NCBI GenBank assembly: GCA_964016885.1
Contig: OZ024757.1
Span: forward strand, 42,346,001 to 42,410,000
DNA length: 64,000 nt
Reading direction: 5' to 3'
Source of the DNA: Eledone cirrhosa
Lineage: Eukaryota
Under the pieces are notes generated by a model that was not told the origin of the DNA, searched no databases, and saw only the letters and a program-made list of their open reading frames with translations. This document shows, in pieces, positions 54,975-64,000 of the stretch. The number at the start of each line of letters is the position of its first letter. The first letter of the stretch is position 1. The translations under genes and the position numbers were made by a program.

Positions 54975-55900
54975 ACTGGTGGTGGTGGTGGTGGTGGTGC
55001 TGGTGGTGTTGGTGGTGGTGGTGGAGGTGGTGGTGTTGGTGGTGGTGGTGGTAGTGGTGGTGGTGGAGGTGGTGGTGTTGGTGGTGGAGGTGGCGGCGGT
55101 GGTGGTGGTGGAGGTGGTGGTGGCGGTGGTGGTGGTGGTGGTGGTGGAGGTGGTGGTGTTGGTGGTGGTGGTGGTGGTGGAGGTGGTGGTGGTGGTGTTG
55201 GTGGTGGAGGTGGCGGTGGTGGTGGTGGTGGTGGTGGTGGAGGTGGAGGTGGTGGTGTTGGTGGTGGTGGTAGTGGTGGTGGTGGTGGTGGTGGTGTTGG
55301 TGGCGGTGGTGGTGGTGGTGGTGGTGGTGGTGGTGTTGGTGGAGGTGGTGGTGTTGGTGGTGGAGGTGGCGGCGGTGGTGGTGGTGGAGGTGGTGGTGGT
55401 GGTGGTGGTGGAAGTGGTGTTGGTGGTGGTGGTGGTGGTGGTGGAGGTGGTGGTGGTGGTGGTGGTGTTGGTGGTGGAGGTGGCGGTGGTGGTGGTGGTG
55501 GTGGAGGTGGTGGTGATGGTGGTGGTGGTGGTGGTGGTGGTGGAGGTGGCGGTGGTGGAGGAGGTGGTGGTGGAGGTGGTGGAGGTGGCGGTGGTGGAGG
55601 AGGTGGTGGTGGAGGTGGTGGAGGTGGCGGTGGTGGAGGAGGTGGTGGTGGAGGTGGTGGTGTTGGTGGTGGTGGTGGTGGTGGTGGTGGTGGAGGTGGT
55701 GGTGTTGGTGGTGGTGGTGGTGGTGGTGGTGGAGGTGGTGGTGTTGGTGGTGGTGGTGGAGGTGGTGGTGTTGGTGGTGGTGGTGGTGGTGGTGGTGGAG
55801 GTGGCGGTGGTGGAGGAGGTGGTGGTGGAGGTGGTGGAGGTGGCGGTGGTGGAGGAGGTGGTGGTGGAGGTGGTGGAGGTGGCGGTGGTGGTGGTGGAGG
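54975..55900. repeat. degenerate (GTG)n array with GAG/GCG/TTG variants
   Basis: Seen directly. Confidence 0.95.
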
Positions 55901-56176
55901 AAATATTGACAGCCAAGATATCTCCTATTATCACATCCTGAGATTATTGGCAGAGATGAGACATGGAACAGCCTTACACCACATACACACACACATGCTT
56001 ATACACACACACACATGCATACATACACATACACCACATACACACACACATGCTTATACACACACACACACACATACATACATACATACACATACACCAC
56101 ATACACACACACATGCTTATACACATACACATACACACACACACACATACACATACATACACACACACATGCTTAT

Positions 56177-56207
<31 letters not shown>

Positions 56208-56349
56208 TACACATACACACACATACATACACACATGCATACACACACACATCTAGCTACACTCAAGCACTCGTCACTCAAGGCTCCACTCATACTCAAG
56301 CAGTCGTCACTCCAGCACTCCTTACTCACACTCAAGCACTCCTTACTCA

Positions 56350-56650
56350 CACTCCTGTCTACCAGCCCCACTCACACTCACACTCATGTCTACCAGCCCC
56401 ACTCACACTCATGTCTACCAGCCCCACTCACACTCATGTCTACCAGCCCCGCTCACACTCATGTCTACCAGCCCCACTCACACTCATGTCTACCAGCCCC
56501 GCTCACACTCATGTCTACCAGCCCCGCTCACACTCATGTCTACCAGCTCCACTCACACTCATGTCTACCAGCCCCCACTCACACTCATGTCTACCAGCCC
56601 CACTCACACTCATGTCTACCAGCCCCACTCACACTCATGTCTACCAGCCA
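56350..56650. repeat. 25-bp minisatellite (~11 copies)
   Basis: Unit catgtctaccagccccactcacact. Confidence 0.9.
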
Positions 56651-57204
56651 CTGCTATGTCTACTTCTACCAATGATTCTATTGATTGATTTTGATGTCTC
56701 CTCTTAATAAATCTGCCTCAGATGTATTGATTGGTTCTGGTAGGGGGAGTATAAGGAGGAGGGAGAGGAGGAGGAGGAGATATTCTATCAGTCAGCTGCA
56801 CCAGTATCTTAATATATCTTCAATATTCAGATATATCTGGCCTACCATAGTTTTAATTGTTGCTGTATCTGGAGGGGGGGGGGGGGGGCAGGGGACACTG
56901 GTGTGTGATTAGAAATAGGTATAGATTCATAAACTCACACACACATACACATATATATATATATGATTAAATCTTAACCATTTAACATCTCAGGGTATGT
57001 CATGTATCATTATGTTTTGTCTGATGAAATATATATAACAAAATTTAATTAATCAAAAGAACATCTATTTTATTAATATTTGTATTTTAATATTAATAAC
57101 TCTGGAAAATTATTTTACTGTAGAGTGCTTCCAATCTACTGTAAAACTCATTCTTTGATATACTCATTGAATCTTGTTTAACTCTTTAATATATATATAT
57201 ATAT

Positions 57205-57467
57205 CATCATCATCATCATCAACGTTTAACGTCTGTGTTCCACGCTTGCATGGGTTTGGACGGGGGTTTTCCCACTTGAGGCAAGAGTGATTGTCTTGCT
57301 CGCATAGGACTGTCTAGCAGGTTTTCTACAGTTGGATGCCCTTCCTAACACCAACCACATTTACAGTGTGGGTCTGGGAGGTTTTTACCGTGTTGCCTAC
57401 ACGGCCACATTACAGCGTGGACTGTGTGTTTTTTTGTCGTGACACCTACACTATCTCATTTGTTTCG
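57205..57467 (-). mobile_element. RTE R1 3' UTR fragment
   Basis: Reverse complement of the 3' UTR at 40375-40750. Confidence 0.9.
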
Positions 57468-57499
57468 ATATATATATATATATATATATAATCATATAG

Positions 57500-57713
57500 A
57501 TAATTATATAATAAACAACACAATATAATTATTCCATTACCCAAGGTTTCACGAAGTCAGACGATTCTAACAGGAATGTCTAGTTCGTTCATCAGATATT
57601 TTACAGATATTCTACTCATATTTCATCCGATTCTAACATTCCTGTTAGAATCATCAAACTTCATGAAACCTTTGGTAATGGAATAATTATCTTGTGTTGT
57701 TTATTACATAATT
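57500..57713 (-). mobile_element. Penelope-like fold-back remnant with hammerhead motif (57535-57598)
   Basis: ~80-bp inverted arms; minus strand reads CTGATGA ACGAA...TTCGT GAAAC-CTTGG-GTA. Confidence 0.6.
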
Positions 57714-58842
57714 AAATAGCTCTGCACTGTATATGGAGCACTCTTCTTTCCTGCACCTTTTCTATGGAAATACATAATATATATATATATAATAAAAATT
57801 TTGTGAAGAAATAGGGGCTGTGTGGTTGCTGGATAAAGTGTATTTATAAATAAGAGGAAGGCACTAATTTCCCTTCATCAGTTGTCTGCTGGAGACCACG
57901 GACATTTCTAAACATTAAGAGGTGAGAGAATTCTGGCCAGATATGGCCGGTTTCAACAGAAAGAGGTTTAATTGCTAAAGGGTTAAAACAAACAGTATTT
58001 CATGTCATGGAACCAGGAACAGTTTCAGCTTATTTTCGGTATCAAAAGGGTTAAATGTAACACTTCAAACAACATTCCTAGCATCATGGCTTTTAACCTG
58101 CTTCTCTTAAATTTCTAAAAACACTATCATTCATTTATTGTCAAGTTTTTGACCATTTTATTTTTGTTAAATTGTTATCTTATTTTTGTGTGTTTGTTGT
58201 TGTTTTGTCAGTTTTAACTTTAGAACGTTTCAACACCTTTACTGGTACTGAATTATTAAACAGTTAAAGTTAACTACTACAGCTGGTACTACTATTACTA
58301 CTGCTGCTACTACTACTGCTGGTACTACTACCAAATGCCACCAACATTTACTGGCACTGAATTATTAAACAGTTAAAGTTAGAATATTTAAATAAAATAT
58401 TGGAATATAGAAAATATCTTGTAACTAAATAACTTGGTTTTTGTTATGATGGAGCAATAAAACTTCTTTGGTGGTGGTGTGGTGGTGGTGGCGGTGGTGG
58501 TGGTATGGTGGGGGGGGGGGCTGGTGATGGTAGTGTGGTGGTGGCGGCAGTGGTGGTGGCGGTGGCAGTGGTGGTGGCGGCAGTGGTGGTGTGGTGGTGG
58601 TGGGGCTGGTGATGGTAGTGTGGTGGTGGTGATGCCAGTAGTGGTGGTGGTGGTGGCAGTAGTGGTGGTGGTGGTGATAGTAGTGGTGGTGGTGGTGGTG
58701 GTGACAGTTTAACAAACTCCCGCTCAACCTACACTCCCACTCAACATACACTCCCACTCTAATGAGGACACAATTAAACTGAAACAGTTAATTAATTTAT
58801 GTAACAACATTAGCTGGAGTGGAGGTGGATTGCTGGTGTTTG

Positions 58843-59520
58843 ACAACAGAGACATCGGTACACCTGACTGACCACAACCTTGACCACAGGTACAACAGAG
58901 ACATTGGTACACCTGACTGACCACAACCTTGACCACAGGTACAACAGGGACATTGGTACACCTGACTGACCACAACCTTGACCACAGGTACAACAGAGAC
59001 ATTGGTACACCTGACTGACCACAACCTTGACCACAGGTACAACAGAGACATCGGTACACCTGACTGACCACAACCTTGACCACAGGTACACCAGACATTG
59101 GTACACCTGACTGACCACAACCTTGACCACAGGTACAACAGAGACATTGGTACACCTGACTGACCACAACCTTGACCACAGGTACAACAGAGACATTGGT
59201 ACACCTGACTGACCACAACCTTGACCACAGGTACAACAGAGACATTGGTACACCTGACTGACCACAACCTTGACCACAGGTACAACAGAGACATTGGTAC
59301 ACCTGACTGACCACAACCTTGACCACAGGTACAACAGAGACATCGGTACACCTGACTGACCACAACCTTGACCACAGGTACAACAGAGACATTGGTACAC
59401 CTGACTGACCACAACCTTGACCACAGGTACAACAGAGACATTGGTACACCTGACTGACCACAGGTACAACAGAGACATTACTACACCTGACTGACCACAG
59501 CCTTGACCACAGGTACAACA
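58843..59520. repeat. 49-bp minisatellite (~14 copies, highly homogeneous)
   Basis: Unit acaacagagacattggtacacctgactgaccacaaccttgaccacaggt. Confidence 0.92.
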
Positions 59521-59698
59521 ACAATAATGACAATAGCAACAACAACAATAACAACAACAACAATAATAAATATCAGTGCAGGGTTCTGGTTGACAAAGCT
59601 TGACCACAGATAGCAAATCACAGCAATAACAACATATATATATAAACACACACATACACACACACACATATATATACATATATAAACACGCACGCACG

Positions 59699-59730
<32 letters not shown>

Positions 59731-60069
59731 ATAAAATAAGGACGAGTAGTTACACTTTCATTTCATTTATTGGTTGGTGACAAGCGTTTCGCCACTGATC
59801 AGCTCAAGGTTCGATCTGTATCGATCTAACCCGACTCTATAATCCACGGCACGTCAGACCCCTTATAATGGTAATGAAAAAATGATTAAATGATTATACA
59901 TGGCGTCTATACACTCGTCCCTACTTTATTTCACTATAATACACTCTGTCTAGCTCTACACCTCGCTGCTGAAGTGAACCTACAGTAACTCCACGTTACA
60001 CTCCCTCGATATATATAAACACACATTCACACACATATATAACAAACACACACACACACACACATATAA

Positions 60070-60372
60070 ATGGAGCCACTCCGTCAGTTACGACGACGAG
60101 TGTTCCAGTTGATACTATCAACAGAACAGCCTACTCGTGAAATTAACGTGCAAGTGGTTGAGTATTCCACAAACATGCGTACCCTTTACGTAGTTCTCAG
60201 GGAGATTCAGTGTGACGCAGAGTGTGATAAGGCTGTCCTTCGAATTACAGGTACAACTCTATTTTGTCAGCTGGAGCAACGTGAAATAAAGTGTCTTTCT
60301 TAAGGACACAACGCACCGCCGGGAATCGAACCCATAACCTTACGATTGTGAGCTGAATACCCTAACCACGCA
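60070..60372 (-). mobile_element. tRNA-derived SINE (family B-type head, different 3' half)
   Basis: B box ggttcgattcc followed by gtgtccttaagaaagacactttatttcac. Confidence 0.75.
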
Positions 60373-60469
60373 CTTTCACACACATAAATACATATAAACA
60401 CACTCATATACCATATACACAGCCACTTTACTGCGAAACCCAATAATAAAACCTTTTTCTTCCCTCCAA

Positions 60470-61343
60470 TAATTATTTTGTCACTCTTTCAAAATATTAC
60501 CCCTCTCTCACTAAAACAGTATACCTTTCTCACCCTCTCTATATATATCACTACATGCCTCACTCTCTCTGTCACTTTTTCCCCTCTCTCACTAAACCAC
60601 CAAACTCTCTCCCCCTCTCTGTATCCAACTACATACCTCTCTCTCACTAAACCAACAAATTCTCTCCCCCTCACTCTATCCCACTACATACCTCACTCTC
60701 TCTCACAATTCCCCCTTGGTCACTAGATCACCAAATGCTCGCCCCCTCTCTATATCCCACTACATACCTCACTCTCTCTAACAATTCCCCCTCTCTCACT
60801 AAACCAACAAACTCTCTCCCCCTCTCTATATTCAACTTCTTCACTCTCTTAATTCCCCCTCTCTCACTGAACCAACAAACTGTCCCCCCCCCCCCCACTC
60901 TATACCACTATATACCTCACTCTCTCACAATTCCCCCTCTCTTACAAAACCAACAAATTCTCTCCCCCTCTCTATATTCAACTACATAATTCACTCTCTT
61001 TCATTCTCTTAATTTCCCCTCTCTCACTAAACCAACAAATTTTCTCCCCCTCACTCTATACCACTATATACCTCACTCTCTCACAATTCCCCCTCTCTTA
61101 CTAGACCACCAAATTCTCTCCTCCTCACTCTATACCACTATATACCTCACTCTCTCACAATTCCCCCTCTCTTACAACACCAACAAATTCTCTCCCCCTC
61201 TCTATATTCAACTACATAATTCACTCTCTTTCACTCTCTTAATTCCCCCTCTCTCCCTAAACCAACAAACTCTCTCCCCCTCTCTATATTCAACTTCTTC
61301 ACTCTCTTTTATTCTCTTCCTCTCTCACTAAACCAACAAACTC
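60470..61343. repeat. degenerate CT-rich minisatellite, resuming at 63386-63470
   Basis: Recurrent ctctctcactaaaccaacaaactctctccccctc..tataccactacatacctcactctc. Confidence 0.85.
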
Positions 61344-63385
61344 GTGTATTACTTCGCTCCGGATTTTTACGGATTATTGTTAAAAAAAACTGTGAGTTCA
61401 TTGTTCAATTTGTTAGCATTGTTTAGTTCAACCCCTTGCCTGGGCCTTCAGACGTTGAGTCAACTAATTTTCGCCCCTTTCTGGGGCGAAATTTTCATTT
61501 TCATCTCAAAACTGTGTAGACTTGGTCAACAATGGATGCCATTTCAACCTCGCACACTGTCGTGAGTACCACGTTCACTAAGAAAAGTGGTGGAGGGAAG
61601 GTAGGAGTACAAAGCTTGCAGCCTTCCCCCCTCGCATTATCGAAAAACGTTGAAAATATTGAAACCACGGAACCAAACCCGGTAAATAATACCAGCACCA
61701 ACAACAAGAACAATGACAATAACACCACAATCAACAACTGCAACAATAACACCAAGGAAAACATGAACAATATCAACAACAGTGACAACAACAACAGCAA
61801 CAAAAAAGACAACAACACCAAAACAATGTTCTCACAGACTGTAAAAAAAAAAAAAACTATACACGCCAATTGACATAACAAATGCTAAACAACTATTACA
61901 AGACGCAAAACAATGTGACTTTTGGCGAAAACGGTGCTTTTAGCATCAATTCTCCACAGGTATTACGTAGAGAGGCTGTCCTGAAAACCACAGTTTTCAG
62001 GACAATATCTAACGAAACAAGAATACCAGCTCAATTATCACAAAATGAAATTGAGCTGGTTCTAAAAGATGCAATGAAGGACATAACCTTCATCCAAAAA
62101 GAAAAACTGTTTGGTAGCATTCCGGTGCTAATGAATAACCAGCCAACAGCACAAAAATACTCTGTATCACCCATTATGTCCCCCCGCTTCACCTTTTTCC
62201 CCACATACAGGGGAAAAAGGACACAAAGAATAAAAATAATGAGTATCACACCAAATGTAAATATTTGGTGGATACTATGTGGATTCATTGACTTTGATGA
62301 AGACAGGATAATTTCAGTAGGAAAGTCCTCCGGAGGTGTATTTGGTGGGACCAGGAAAGTTCTGGTGCAAATGAGCCCAGAACGAATAGCGAATATCCCA
62401 CAACGCGTGCCTCTGGACGGGCTAACTTATATAAACATTTCAGTGGAGGGAAGGCGGCCGTCATGTTACCACTGCTTAAGCAGGGGTCACCTGAGGGCTG
62501 CCTGTCCTCAATTAACGAGTAAAAAAAAAAGGCTCTTCTGCCAACCCCGAACACAACAACACAACAACACAACCACAACCACAACAACACGGAAAAATAA
62601 CAACACAAGACACTGTTCCACCCAACTCCTCCCCACCTAAAACAAATACAAAAGCAACCACAACAAAACCCCAAAATATACCCCTCCTCAACAACACGGA
62701 AGAGGACTCCGTATCAACGTCACCCAGTGACGACGAGGGAGAATCCTTTCAATAGGTGAAAAGTAAAAAAAAAAGGCACCACATTAACAAAAATGCAACA
62801 AACACACAACCACCAGAACAAACATCACAAACAAAAAAACCCACCCCTCCCGACACATACTACAAAACGCAAACACGCACAAGAACAACAAACAAAAACA
62901 AACACAACACAACAAAAACTCTATACATACATTAACAAGAACAATAAAACTTTGATGAAAGCAATAGACAATAACCCTTCGGTGGAAACCGAAGGGATCA
63001 CTTTCACCTACGCAGCGGACAAACCGCACCTAATGAGGATTAGGGTCCCAACGGAAACCTATGTAACTCTGAAAAAGAACCATCCAATGCATGTGGGGAC
63101 CACCTGCACCAAACCACTTAACAGCGTCCTATTGAGATGTAGGTGAGAGAGGAGAAGAATGAGAAGAGGAAGGGAGCACCCGCTCTTTGTGCTCCTGAAG
63201 AGGAGGGTTGCATATTTTTTCGGGGGTGTGTGCGACCCATGTCAACGCCCCCTCCCTATTGAGGACATCGATTGTTAAATTTAATTTGTTATATGTTTTT
63301 TTACACGTCTTTTTAAATGTATGTAAACTCCCGCCTTTGTATTTGTCCCAATCTTTGATGCCCTGGTGGCAAATAAATAGAAATT
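61344..63385 (+). mobile_element. ORF1-only (gag-like CCHC knuckle) non-autonomous retroelement, degenerate
   Basis: Broken ORF 61532-63146 with VEGRRPSCYHCLSRGHLRAAC (CX2CX4HX4C at 62464-62505); frameshifts at poly-A runs; no RT; AATAAA at 63372. Confidence 0.7.
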
Positions 63386-63500
63386 ACTCTTTCACTCTCT
63401 TAACTCCCCCTCTCACACTGAACCAACAAACTCTCTCCCCCTCACTCTATACCACTACATACCTCACACTTTAAAACAAATGTTTTCATATATATATACA

Positions 63501-63669
63501 TATATTAATAAGAGGAATTCCAACTTTGTCTGATTTACTCGTTTTATTTACAATCCTTTAAAATTTATAATGGTATTATAATGAAATAGTATGATAGAAT
63601 ATTAAATTTTAAAGGATTGTAAATAAAACGAGTAAATCAGACAAAGTTGGAATTCCTCTTATTAATATA
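63501..63669. repeat. fold-back element with ~66-bp near-perfect inverted arms
   Basis: tatattaataagaggaattccaactttgtctgatttactcgttttatttacaatcctttaaaattta and its reverse complement at 63603-63669. Confidence 0.9.
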
Positions 63670-63709
63670 ATCTTCTATACACAATCATACACACCCGTGC
63701 ATATTTATC

Positions 63710-63774
<65 letters not shown>

Positions 63775-63805
63775 ATTTATATATATATATATTTATATAT
63801 ATATA

Positions 63806-63848
<43 letters not shown>

Positions 63849-64000
63849 GGTCGTTTTGGAAGCCTCAACAATACAGATGGGTAAATCTCCGGGTAACAGA
63901 ATCATGTGGTAATGAGAGAGAGAGATGTAAGAGGAAGCGTAGAAAGAGACGTAGAGAGCGTTAAGGAACGTAGGAAAAGTGTAAAAAATAATAACACGAG

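Noticed and set aside
54910-55992. Poly-His, poly-Thr (mucin-like) and poly-Val ORFs; the same applies at 30108-31385
   Set aside because: Trinucleotide arrays open in several frames, with no splice or domain support.
58843-59520. CRISPR-like array; also considered for 17934 and 26095
   Set aside because: Head-to-tail repeats without unique spacers, eukaryotic context, no cas genes.

Overview
AT-rich, microsatellite- and transposon-dense eukaryotic DNA. The repeat repertoire suggests a cephalopod (Octopus-like) genome; this is an inference. The whole window lies inside one minus-strand gene recognisable as SCAI (suppressor of cancer cell invasion). Six canonical GT-AG coding exons (48476-48562, 34319-34417, 2340-2436, 1863-1961, 1103-1255, 688-810) splice into one open frame (QVLDTKYGLKRWQIGEIASKIGQLYYHYYLRTSE...VKFSELTLDMFRMLQTLEREP), and the gene runs off both window ends. 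The long introns hold RTE LINEs, tRNA-derived SINEs, Helitron derivatives, piggyBac- and Tc1/mariner-type MITEs, CR1- and R4/Dong-like fragments, an ORF1-only gag-knuckle element and many Penelope-like remnants carrying minimal hammerhead ribozyme motifs. Most notable: (i) a 15-nt frame-preserving SCAI microexon candidate with neural-microexon signals, plus a 36-nt cassette and a 123-nt poison-exon candidate; (ii) about ten hammerhead-like motifs, several in the SCAI sense strand, including a U3-A8 variant whose inverted duplicate begins exactly at the predicted cleavage site; (iii) minisatellites traceable to transposon ends in the same window. Nearly all ORFs in the supplied track are microsatellite artefacts. 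All calls come from reading by eye; no searches or folding were run.
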